From contig JAQUQQ010000001.1 of the NCBI GenBank assembly GCA_028716005.1, forward strand, positions 1 to 61,799: DNA of 61,799 nt, read 5' to 3'. Of the stretch, positions 34,873 through 42,824 are shown one piece after another. Under the pieces are notes generated by a model, which ran no database searches, was not told the origin of the DNA, and saw only the letters and a program-made list of their open reading frames with translations. Every line of letters begins with the position of its first letter. Position 1 is the first letter of the stretch. The DNA is from Candidatus Moraniibacteriota bacterium. Lineage in GTDB: Bacteria; Patescibacteriota; Minisyncoccia; Moranbacterales; UBA11712. Both the position numbers and the translations under genes were made by a program.

Positions 34873-35494
34873 AATTTATTGGTGTAAAATTTTCTAATAT
34901 TTTTTCGAAATGCTGACTTTCTAATGCCTTCAGTTCTTTTTCTCTTTGTTTGTTATAGCTAGTGGTTGCTTTTGAATCGTAATATCCCGGGTGACAAAGC
35001 AATTCGATTGTTTCACCTCGGGCACTTTTCAGATTTTTGAACAGTTTTTCTTTTCGATTTGGATGCCAGCTGATGAATTGATCAGGGGTTTTTATCCCCG
35101 CCGCCTGCATCATTTTTTGATCAATGGAAGAAGCGGAGCGAACAGGCAGTTTGTATTTTTTCGCTATTTTCAAGACTTTTGAAAAGTTTCCAGGAAGCAA
35201 GTGATAATATTTGTGTCCGTCGAGGTGAGAAGGGAATCGGCCAAATAATTTTCTAAATATTTTTATCTGATTTTCTATTTCCTTTGCTGGTGTCTCAAGA
35301 GAAAGCTCCAAATGAAGGCCGATGGAAATATTTTTGTGCTTTAACAGATCTTTCGGATTGATAAATTTTCTTTTTATCATCACTGTCGTACTTGTGACAA
35401 TGCCTCTTTCGATCAATTCCAAAATTCCTCTGTTGAATTGTTTTGACAAGCCGTAATCGTCCGCGTTAATTATTATTTTTCGAAGCAATGTCAT
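34859..35494 (-). CDS. YdjC/ChbG-family carbohydrate deacetylase
   Basis: 211 aa. N-terminal IINADDYGLSKQFNRGILELIERGIVTSTTVM and HLDGHKY. Confidence 0.75.
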   Translation of the reverse strand: MTLLRKIIINADDYGLSKQFNRGILELIERGIVTSTTVMIKRKFINPKDLLKHKNISIGLHLELSLETPAKEIENQIKIFRKLFGRFPSHLDGHKYYHLLPGNFSKVLKIAKKYKLPVRSASSIDQKMMQAAGIKTPDQFISWHPNRKEKLFKNLKSARGETIELLCHPGYYDSKATTSYNKQREKELKALESQHFEKILENFTPINYEQA

Positions 35495-36389
35495 TTTTTT
35501 TCTCTATAAGATTGATTATATTTTTGGCAACATTTATTTCGGGAAAGGCCTTTTCAAAGCCGCTAAACTGGGCAAAGGGGTTGATTTCTATAATATATAA
35601 TTTGTTTTTATGGCGGAGTATATCCACTCCGACATAATCCAACTTCATTTTTTGAGCTACACGCAGAGCAAGATCGACCATCTCCTTATTTTTTTCCGCT
35701 CTCGAGACTGTTCCTCCCAAGGAAAAGTTTGTTCTCCATTCGCCTTTTTTAGGGCTTCTTTTCATGACGCCGGCAACCTTATTTCCTATCACTAAAACCC
35801 GATAATCTTCGCTAATTTCCAAATATTTCTGGAATAGAAAAAACTCTCCGTCGTGATGCCTGTCTCTCAAGAAAGAATAGAGTTCCTTTTTTTTGTTTAT
35901 CTTATATACCTGGGCGCCGAGGCTGCCGTCGGCTATCTTGGCAACTGTTGGGTATTCAACTTTCAACTTTCCGATATTTTTTTTGTTGAAAAAATAGCAG
36001 GAGGGTATTCCGGGGAGATCGTTTTCAGCTAAAAAAAACTGCTGGGAAAGCTTATCAAGCTTTTGATAGCCGGACAAAAAATTTTTATTCAATAAAAAAA
36101 AGCCGTGCTTGTTCGAAAACTCAACGAGAAGATCCAAAAGCGTGTTTCGCCGGAGAGTCACTTTTTTCTCTTTTGGTCTGATTATGCATTTGCAATTTCG
36201 GGGAATGATGGCGTCAAACTGGGCAAAAGATTTGCCGCCATCTCCAAAATAAATATCTTTTTTGTTAATTTTCAGAACAATATCATCCCACGTAGTTAAA
36301 TACATGGAGTGTCCAGCTTTTCCCCCCTCGTCGTATATTCGCTTTGGAGCGTAATCTTTTTTTCCTAAAGCAATAATGCAGATTTTCAT
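35466..36389 (-). CDS. RimK-family ATP-grasp ligase (alpha-L-glutamate-ligase-like)
   Basis: 307 aa. ..YRVLVIGNKVAGVMKRSPKKGEWRTNFSLGGTV.., ..DYVGVDIL.. and ..YIIEINPFAQF... Confidence 0.75.
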   Translation of the reverse strand: MKICIIALGKKDYAPKRIYDEGGKAGHSMYLTTWDDIVLKINKKDIYFGDGGKSFAQFDAIIPRNCKCIIRPKEKKVTLRRNTLLDLLVEFSNKHGFFLLNKNFLSGYQKLDKLSQQFFLAENDLPGIPSCYFFNKKNIGKLKVEYPTVAKIADGSLGAQVYKINKKKELYSFLRDRHHDGEFFLFQKYLEISEDYRVLVIGNKVAGVMKRSPKKGEWRTNFSLGGTVSRAEKNKEMVDLALRVAQKMKLDYVGVDILRHKNKLYIIEINPFAQFSGFEKAFPEINVAKNIINLIEKKNDIASKNNN

Positions 36390-36407
36390 TTGGAATGTTT
36401 GATTTAT

Positions 36408-37367
36408 TTAATCAAATAGAGCCTTTATCATTTCCTCTCCGATATCCCGCACTTTTCCTTTTGTCGGCTTGAGGTGGAAAACAAATTCGGGAGCCCCGTT
36501 GATTTCCAATAAATACCCGGGAGACGCGGGTGATGTTATCGGCCGGGAAATATCCGAGGCAATGAGATCGACGCTTACGACATTTAAATCCAAATATTTA
36601 GAAAGTTTTATCAGAAGATTTTTGTTCTCTCTGGAAATTTCGTCTGTCCGGTCAATCCATTCTCCGCCATCTGCTCCGCTAAAGCTGATAATAAATTTCT
36701 TGTTCTTTTTTGGGACACTATTAAGCTTCAAGCCTTGGAATAGCAATATATCCTTTGTCTTATTTGTTATTACAGAAGTATTGCCGGTATCTTTCTCGTA
36801 TTTTTTGATCAAGTTCTTGGCTGTATTTTTTCCATCACCAATCAAGCAGATACTTTCCGTTTCCAAAATACCTGCTACTTTATTACTCACCAATGTTATG
36901 CGGTAATATTTTCCAAAAACCTGTTTCTCGACAAGAATATTCTTATCATACTTCAGGGCATGTTTGAAAAATTTTTTTACCGCTTCCGGCGACCTGATAT
37001 CCAAAAAGACACCCTTGCCCCCCTCGTGGCTTCTTGGCTTGACGACAACGGGATATCCTATCCTTGCCGCCGCTCCGGCTGCCTCTTCAGCGGTTGTAAC
37101 CGAAATGCCTTTTGGGAAAGGTATGCCGACCTCTTTGAGTATCTCTTTGGTCAAAAATTTATCCTTGACAAGCCACAGAGAGACTGGGTTTGATACAGAA
37201 AGACGAGGCCCACGAAACCAAACGGTTTTAGTACCCTTTTTCAGAATAAAAATTCGCTCATTTTTGAGCAGCTTATAAACTCTTACCTTTCGCTTAAAAG
37301 CGGCGTTCAAAATTGACTGGCTTCCCGGATGATATTGCTTGATTTCTCTTTGTTTTAATTCTCTCAT
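36408..37367 (-). CDS. ATP-grasp ligase (resembles the cyanophycin-synthetase N-terminal/RimK type)
   Basis: 319 aa. ..KDKFLTKEILKEVGIPFPKG.., GYPVVVKPRSHEGGKGV, ..YLLEINGAPEF... Confidence 0.6.
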   Translation of the reverse strand: MRELKQREIKQYHPGSQSILNAAFKRKVRVYKLLKNERIFILKKGTKTVWFRGPRLSVSNPVSLWLVKDKFLTKEILKEVGIPFPKGISVTTAEEAAGAAARIGYPVVVKPRSHEGGKGVFLDIRSPEAVKKFFKHALKYDKNILVEKQVFGKYYRITLVSNKVAGILETESICLIGDGKNTAKNLIKKYEKDTGNTSVITNKTKDILLFQGLKLNSVPKKNKKFIISFSGADGGEWIDRTDEISRENKNLLIKLSKYLDLNVVSVDLIASDISRPITSPASPGYLLEINGAPEFVFHLKPTKGKVRDIGEEMIKALFD

Positions 37368-37371
37368 ATGT

Positions 37372-38778
37372 CTATTTCACTTCAATTAAAAATTTCTTGA
37401 GATCTCGTTTTCCAATTATCAAGGGGTATTTTAAGTTTTTTCGGTCTACAATATTTATTTTTGAAATCACTTTTTCGTTATCCATTTCAAATTCGAGCCT
37501 TACTACCGGACGGATGGACGAACCACTAGCCGCAAAAACAACAGCAACGTCCTCGATATCTGGCATTTTCTCTTTATATTTTTCTAGAATATCTTTTTTT
37601 ATCGAACTCTCATTTTCGGGAACTAATTGATATTGGGAGAAGTCAATTGAGAAAAATTTAGCAATTATTTCTTCATAGCCTAGCTGCTTTGCAACCTCAA
37701 TGTCAATTGATGTTGAATAAGCCCCTGTGTCGATTTTTGCTTCAACCTCGATTTCTTTTTCATTTTTTCCGATCAGTTTTATCTTTTCCACCGTGCCGAT
37801 TATTTTCTTTCCCGAAATTCCCTCAATTTCATCCTCAATTTCTCCGCCGAAAAGATTCATTCCGACTGACACGCCCTTTTCGGCGGTCTTGATTTTGAGA
37901 TCCTCGACACGGCGCAGACGCCCGAGGAGCCCGTCAGTGTTCGCGATTTGGATGGAAAGCCCCGGGCGGGCATTGAGCTCCAAAAAGACCGGACCGCGGT
38001 CGCGGTCGATGGAAACGTCGGCTCCCAAAAAACCCAGGCCGGAAATTTCCTGGGCCCGAACGGCCATTCGGAGCATGTCCTTCCAATAGGGGATTTTGAT
38101 ACCGGAAAGCAGAAGGCGGGTTCCGGGAATATAGTCAATCATCTTTCCTTTCCCGAGGACAGAAGTGGTGGTCACCCCCGTGGCCATATCAATTCCCACG
38201 CCGATCGCTCCCTGCTGGAGGTTGGCTTTCCCGTCCGATTCGCGCGTCGGGAGGCGCAGCATGGCCATCACGGGCACTTTGTTGTATACGATTATCCGGA
38301 TATCCGGGATGCCTTTATAAGCATAGGGCTTGAAAAGCTTCAAAAGTTTGAGCCGCTCCTCAAAAAAAGCGATGTCCGGAACGCCGGCCAGAGAAAAACT
38401 TCCGTCAAGAATGTTTCTTATGTGTGTTTTTATGTCCTCTATCAGAACGAGAGATCCATCCGCTTTGATCCAGGTGTTCTCCATGTTTTTTTTCTTTCCG
38501 TAAACAACCAAAATACCTTCTCCGCCGAATCCGCGGTTTGGCTTCAGAACAAAACTTTCCGGAAGAAGACTCCAATCGAAATTTTCGAGTTCCTCGAAAT
38601 TTTTTATTTTCGCGATAAGTTTCGGGACGGGGAGCTCGGCTTTCGCGAGAAATTTTTTGCTCAAGAGTTTGTCGTCGGCCAGTTTTTTGGCGCGACGAAG
38701 ATTGTTCGGGCGGATAAACCGAAGATTGCGGGCATTCATGCCCAAAATATTTCGTCGAGCTTTCGAAAAAGAAGTCAT
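37372..38778 (-). CDS. alpha-L-glutamate-ligase-like ATP-grasp fused to a C-terminal retropepsin-like (RimK-associated putative protease) domain
   Basis: 468 aa. N-terminal ..ILGMNARNLRFIRPNN..A..LADDKLLSKKFLAKAELPVP.., ..LKPNRGFGGEGILVV.. and FLELNARPGLSIQ. C-terminal ..IEVEAKIDTGAYSTSID.. is a DTG-type motif. Confidence 0.6.
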   Translation of the reverse strand: MTSFSKARRNILGMNARNLRFIRPNNLRRAKKLADDKLLSKKFLAKAELPVPKLIAKIKNFEELENFDWSLLPESFVLKPNRGFGGEGILVVYGKKKNMENTWIKADGSLVLIEDIKTHIRNILDGSFSLAGVPDIAFFEERLKLLKLFKPYAYKGIPDIRIIVYNKVPVMAMLRLPTRESDGKANLQQGAIGVGIDMATGVTTTSVLGKGKMIDYIPGTRLLLSGIKIPYWKDMLRMAVRAQEISGLGFLGADVSIDRDRGPVFLELNARPGLSIQIANTDGLLGRLRRVEDLKIKTAEKGVSVGMNLFGGEIEDEIEGISGKKIIGTVEKIKLIGKNEKEIEVEAKIDTGAYSTSIDIEVAKQLGYEEIIAKFFSIDFSQYQLVPENESSIKKDILEKYKEKMPDIEDVAVVFAASGSSIRPVVRLEFEMDNEKVISKINIVDRKNLKYPLIIGKRDLKKFLIEVK

Positions 38779-39428
38779 CTTGGTTTTATAATTTGGCGAA
38801 ATCTGAAATATTCAGAAAGGCGAAGTCCAGTCCATTTTCCCAAAAAGATATTTATCGGAATCGTGAGAAGGCTAATCCACGGATAGTTCAAAATCATCTT
38901 GATAAGCAGCGGCCAGCTGGCGATATAATATCCGATGATGGAAATGAAGAGGGTTTCCAGCGAAAGAATAACAGCGGCGCGGTTTCCCTTTTCAATTTGG
39001 ACGGCTATGAATTTTTCGACCAAAGTTATCATAATGAGAATCGGAAAAATGGAAACGCCCGCGAGGCCGGTCCGGTTCCAGGTTCCCCCGACAAAAAGGA
39101 GAAGCAGGATTGAAAATCCAACGACGGTGATCATTATGGCTACGCGGGGAAGATAAAGAAGCCTTGCTTTTTTGAGAAGATAGCGGGTGATTGTTCCCAC
39201 GACTATGACGGTCACAAAAATCGTGATGCCGTATTTGAGTTGGCTGGTGGCGAGCAGAGCGAAGGTGATGATGGCTGGCGTATAGATGCCAAAAGCTTTG
39301 ATCCCGATGACTTGACGAAAAAAAGCGATCATGGTCACGATAATCGGGAGGATCAAAACCAAGACCAGGGTGTCGAGCGGCACCCCGTTGGCAGCCGCAA
39401 GGGTGATGAACGGGTTTACGTTATCCAT
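38775..39428 (-). CDS. 7-TM membrane protein of the type associated with inactive-transglutaminase/ATP-grasp systems
   Basis: 217 aa, about 6-7 TM segments. ..FRQVIGIKAFGIYTPAIITFALL... Overlaps the downstream ATP-grasp gene by 4 nt. Confidence 0.45.
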   Translation of the reverse strand: MDNVNPFITLAAANGVPLDTLVLVLILPIIVTMIAFFRQVIGIKAFGIYTPAIITFALLATSQLKYGITIFVTVIVVGTITRYLLKKARLLYLPRVAIMITVVGFSILLLLFVGGTWNRTGLAGVSIFPILIMITLVEKFIAVQIEKGNRAAVILSLETLFISIIGYYIASWPLLIKMILNYPWISLLTIPINIFLGKWTGLRLSEYFRFRQIIKPR

Positions 39429-39466
39429 AGGGTTTTTCGCTTAAATTTAGGCAAAACGCTGATTAA

Positions 39467-39495
39467 AAAATACCGCTTTTTGGCGGTGTTGTCAA
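39467..39495 (-). promoter_or_regulatory. candidate sigma70 promoter for the 7TM/ATP-grasp operon
   Basis: The minus strand reads TTGACA (39495-39490), a 17-nt spacer, then TATTTT (39472-39467), about 40 nt upstream of the ATG at 39428. The spacer contains a small accgc/gcggt hairpin. Confidence 0.4.
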
Positions 39496-39501
39496 TAAAA
39501 A

Positions 39502-39606
39502 ACTCGCGAATTTGAGCAAATGCGAAGCGAATACGAGCGAATAATATTGTGTCTTGTTATTGAGTCCGCTCTGATTCGCGATTAATTCGCTCTCTCATTC
39601 GCGAGT
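39502..39606. repeat. ACTCGCGAAT-family palindromic element, copy D (105 bp)
   Basis: actcgcgaatttgagcaaatgcgaagcgaatacgagcgaat..loop..ctgattcgcgattaattcgctctctcattcgcgagt. The right arm overlaps the last ~16 codons of ruvC. Confidence 0.85.
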
Positions 39607-40069
39607 TGAGGTGGCATATCGCAATTGCTACCGCGTCTGCCGCGTCATCCGGTTTCGGAACGCATCGAAGCTTCAAAATATTTTTCACCATTTCCTGGAT
39701 CTGTTTTTTTTCGGCGCGGCCGTATCCGGTGAGGGCTTGTTTTACTTGAAGCGGGGTGTAGTTTTGAATTGGAATTTTATTTTTTTTTATTTCATACAAA
39801 ATTACTCCGCGGGCCTGGGCGACGGTGATAGCGGTTTTGAGATTCTTGAAAAAGAAAAGATCTTCGATAGCCGCCTCTTCGGGTTTGTATTTTTTGATGA
39901 GCGAGGAAATGTCTTTTCCAATCTCAACCAGTCGTTCCGCGTCGGAATTCAATTTGCTTGTGTTGACGCACCCGCAAGCAATGAGCCGCGGATTTTTGTT
40001 TATTTCCTCAACGACGGCCCAGCCAGTCGTCGCCGTGCCGGGGTCAATACCTAAAACTCGCGAATGCAT
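39557..40069 (-). CDS. ruvC: crossover junction endodeoxyribonuclease RuvC
   Basis: 170 aa. MHSRVLGIDPGTATTGWAVVE.. and ..ADAVAIAICHL... The first 4-5 codons and the last ~16 codons lie inside repeat copies E and D. Confidence 0.9.
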   Translation of the reverse strand: MHSRVLGIDPGTATTGWAVVEEINKNPRLIACGCVNTSKLNSDAERLVEIGKDISSLIKKYKPEEAAIEDLFFFKNLKTAITVAQARGVILYEIKKNKIPIQNYTPLQVKQALTGYGRAEKKQIQEMVKNILKLRCVPKPDDAADAVAIAICHLNSRMRERINRESERTQ

Positions 40070-40161
40070 GAGCTAATTAATCGCGAATCAGAGCGAACTT
40101 GCTAAGATGCGAATTGTATATTCGCTCTAATTAGCTTTAGGTTTGCTCTCTATTCGCGAGT
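40056..40161. repeat. ACTCGCGAAT-family palindromic element, copy E (106 bp)
   Basis: actcgcgaatgcatgagctaattaatcgcgaatcagagcgaac..loop..attcgctctaattagctttaggtttgctctctattcgcgagt. Fills the yebC-ruvC junction. Confidence 0.85.
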
Positions 40162-40163
40162 TG

Positions 40164-40880
40164 TTACAAGTTATCGTAAATTTCTTGAACGTCATCCAAT
40201 TCATCCAGTTTTTCCAGAAGTTTTTCATAATCGATTTTTGTTTCCGGGTCGATTTGAATCGGGGAGAGGGGCATGAACATAAGCCCGGCGTTGTCAATTT
40301 GGATGCCTTTTTTCTCAAGATTTTCCTTGATCTCTTTCAGATCACGCGGGTCGGTGAAAATTTGCAAGACCTCGCCTTGGAAAACGGTGTCCGCCGCTCC
40401 GGCGTCTATCGCCTGGAGTTCGATATCGTTGGCGTTTTCCTTGTTGGTTGTCGTGTATATCACGCCTATATTTTTGAATAGATATTGCAAGCTTCCGGCC
40501 GACGCCATTTTTCCGCCGGATTTTTCAATTATATTCCGAACTTCGCCGAGAGTCCGATTTTTGTTGTCGGTCGCGGTTTTCACGAGCATCGCGATGTTTC
40601 CCGGCGCCATAGCTTCGTAGACGACTTCCTCGATCGCGGCCGCGTCTTTCAGCTCGCCGGTTCCGCGCTTCACTGCCCGGTCGATATTTTCTTTTGGCAT
40701 GTTCACCGCGCGCGCCTGGTCAATGGCGAGACGCAAGCGAAAATTCATATCAGGGTTTCCTCCGCCCTCTTTCGCCGCGAGCGTCACCAGCCGCGCGACT
40801 TTGGTAAAAACGCCGGCGCGTTTGGCGTCTTGAGCCGCTTTTTTGTGTTTTATCCCCGCGAAATGTGAGTGTCCGGACAT
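40164..40880 (-). CDS. yebC: YebC/PmpR-family DNA-binding regulator
   Basis: 238 aa. MSGHSHFAGIKHKKAAQDAKRAGVFTK.. is the canonical YebC N-terminus. Confidence 0.9.
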   Translation of the reverse strand: MSGHSHFAGIKHKKAAQDAKRAGVFTKVARLVTLAAKEGGGNPDMNFRLRLAIDQARAVNMPKENIDRAVKRGTGELKDAAAIEEVVYEAMAPGNIAMLVKTATDNKNRTLGEVRNIIEKSGGKMASAGSLQYLFKNIGVIYTTTNKENANDIELQAIDAGAADTVFQGEVLQIFTDPRDLKEIKENLEKKGIQIDNAGLMFMPLSPIQIDPETKIDYEKLLEKLDELDDVQEIYDNL

Positions 40881-40947
40881 AATTGCATTTATTACCTTGA
40901 TTAGCGTAATATAATACTAGCCTCTTAAGACACATATTTCAAGGAAA

Positions 40948-41739
40948 ATGGGAGCTATTATTTCCGGAAAAGTTATTAAAGGCAAAGGAAAGGGGAAAAT
41001 ATTGGGTTTTCCGACGGTTAATATTGTGTTAAAGAAAAAAATTGAAAGCGGAGTTTATAAGGGAAAAGTTAAAATAACAACTCGCGAATGCGGAGCGAAT
41101 GGAAAGCGAATCGGAGCGAATGAGTGGTTGGCGGGGATTTTTATTAGTCCGGATGGGAAATCGCTTGAAGCGCATGTGGTTGGGTTTTCGGGAAATTTAT
41201 ACGGGGAAGAGATAGAGATAGAGATTGGAGAAAAAATTAGGGAAGCCATGAAGTTCGAAGATGATGAGGAATTAATAGAACAGATAAAAAAAGATATTAA
41301 AAGAATAACTCGCGAATATGGAGCTAATGAAAAGCGGATTGGAGCGAACAAAGGTTTGGTTTATCCGGAGTTAAGTTATAAGTTAGTCGGTTTGGCTATG
41401 GAAGTGCACAATGAACTTGGAAATATTTATCAGGAAAAGCATTATCAGAAATTGTTTGAGGAAAGACTAAAAAAGATCAAAATGCCTTATGAGAAAGAAA
41501 GACAAATGGTGATAAAAACCAAAGATAATTCTGAAATAGGAGAATTTTTTGCAGATTTTGTTATAGATAATAAAATTTTGCTGGAGTTCAAACGGGTGAA
41601 TTTTGTACATTACAATGATGTTAAACAAGTGCTAAGATATCTAGACGCGACAGGTTTAAAGCTCGGCATAATAATAAATTTCAAGTTGAATAAACTGCAG
41701 TATAAACGAATCGTGAATCCAAGAGTTCGCTCATATTAG
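40948..41739 (+). CDS. riboflavin kinase domain fused in frame to a GxxExxY-type (PD-(D/E)XK-like) protein
   Basis: aa 1-~125: GKVIKGKGKGKILGFPTVNI..LEAHVVGFSGNLYGEEIEIEIGEKIREAMKF (riboflavin kinase). aa ~137-263: ..ELSYKLVGLAMEVHNELGNIYQEKHYQ..GEFFADFVIDNKILLEFKRV..VLRYLDATGLKLGIIINF (GxxExxY family). Two repeat arms are translated (TTRECGANGKRIGANEW, ITREYGANEKRIGANKG). An in-frame TTG at 41356 could be an independent start. Confidence 0.6.
   Translation: MGAIISGKVIKGKGKGKILGFPTVNIVLKKKIESGVYKGKVKITTRECGANGKRIGANEWLAGIFISPDGKSLEAHVVGFSGNLYGEEIEIEIGEKIREAMKFEDDEELIEQIKKDIKRITREYGANEKRIGANKGLVYPELSYKLVGLAMEVHNELGNIYQEKHYQKLFEERLKKIKMPYEKERQMVIKTKDNSEIGEFFADFVIDNKILLEFKRVNFVHYNDVKQVLRYLDATGLKLGIIINFKLNKLQYKRIVNPRVRSY
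41080..41121. repeat. solo left arm of the ACTCGCGAAT element (copy F), in frame inside the riboflavin kinase domain
   Basis: actcgcgaatgcggagcgaatggaaagcgaatcggagcgaat. Four CGAAT units spaced 11, 11 and 10 nt. No matching right arm nearby. Confidence 0.75.
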
Positions 41740-41764
41740 CTATAATTTGCTCAAATTCGCGAGT
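41308..41764. mobile_element. composite ACTCGCGAAT element (copy G) whose loop carries the GxxExxY coding segment
   Basis: Left arm 41308-41349 (actcgcgaatatggagctaatgaaaagcggattggagcgaac). Right arm 41725-41764 (gttcgctcatattagctataatttgctcaaattcgcgagt). The GxxExxY-like coding sequence lies between them. Mobility is inferred, not shown. Confidence 0.5.
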
Positions 41765-41769
41765 TGATT

Positions 41770-42372
41770 ATGTTCACAGGAATAATCAAAAAAGTTTCGA
41801 GAGTTGAAAACGTTTTCCAAAAAAATGGAAGTTTTTTTGTTGAGATAAAAATTCCGAAGGGATGGAAAATTAAACTCGGAGAAAGTATTTCGGTGAATGG
41901 GGTTTGCTCGACGGCTAAAAAAGTTAGTAAAAATAATTTTACGGTTGAATATATGCCCGAAACGGTCAAAAAAACGACCGTTGGAAATTTTGCGAAAGGC
42001 AGGGAAGTAAATCTCGAGCGGAGTTTGCGCCTCGGAGATCCCATTGACGGGCACATTGTGCAGGGGCACGTGGATACGACCGGAAAAATAATCGGAGTCG
42101 ATAAAGTAAAAAGTTCTAAAGTTTTGAAAGTAGAAGTTCCGAAAGAGTTTATGAAATTTCTGGCGCCGAAGGGGTCGGTTTCTATCGATGGGACAAGTCT
42201 CACCATAGTTGACGCGAAAAAAGATTGGTTTTCTGTATCGCTTGTGAGCTATACGCTCGAAAATACAAACCTTGGAAAAATAAAAGTGGGAGAAAAAGTG
42301 AACATTGAAGTTGACGCGCTGGCGAAATATATTTTTAACATATTAAAATCGAACGGTTATGTTAAACGCTAA
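41770..42372 (+). CDS. ribE: riboflavin synthase (alpha chain)
   Basis: Canonical MFTGII start (ATG 41770; the track start at 41764 is a TTG inside the repeat terminus). ..SISVNGVCSTA.., ..GHIVQGHVD.. and ..GSVSIDGTSLT... Confidence 0.9.
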   Translation: MFTGIIKKVSRVENVFQKNGSFFVEIKIPKGWKIKLGESISVNGVCSTAKKVSKNNFTVEYMPETVKKTTVGNFAKGREVNLERSLRLGDPIDGHIVQGHVDTTGKIIGVDKVKSSKVLKVEVPKEFMKFLAPKGSVSIDGTSLTIVDAKKDWFSVSLVSYTLENTNLGKIKVGEKVNIEVDALAKYIFNILKSNGYVKR

Positions 42373-42820
42373 AAAAGGTAAAGTAAAAAAAATAGACGGG
42401 TCGAAACTGAAGATTGGAATCGTGGTTTCACAGTTCAATGACAACATCACCGGTCCGATGCTTGAAGGCGCGCTCGAAACACTCAAAGAAAACCAAGTCA
42501 AAGAAGAAAATATTGAAATAGTCTGGGTACCGGGTTCATTTGAGATTCCACTGGCTTGTCAAAAATTGGCCGAGACGAAAAAATACGACGCGCTGGTCGC
42601 CATTGGCTGCGTGATCAAAGGAGAAACTGATCATTACTATTACATCTGCAATGAAGTTTCGCGGGGAGTGATGGATGTGATGCTGGAATATAATCTTCCG
42701 ATCGGATTCGGGGTGCTCACCTGCAATAACTTGAAACAGGCCCAGGTCCGCTCCCGCGGGCGTGAAAACAAAGGCCGCGAAGCGGCTGTTGCGGCGCTCG
42801 CGATGGCCGACGTAAAGTAA
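42359..42820 (+). CDS. ribH: 6,7-dimethyl-8-ribityllumazine synthase
   Basis: 153 aa. LKIGIVVSQFN, VPGSFEIP, GCVIKGETDHYYYI. Confidence 0.9.
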   Translation: MLNAKKGKVKKIDGSKLKIGIVVSQFNDNITGPMLEGALETLKENQVKEENIEIVWVPGSFEIPLACQKLAETKKYDALVAIGCVIKGETDHYYYICNEVSRGVMDVMLEYNLPIGFGVLTCNNLKQAQVRSRGRENKGREAAVAALAMADVK

Positions 42821-42824
42821 ATTT

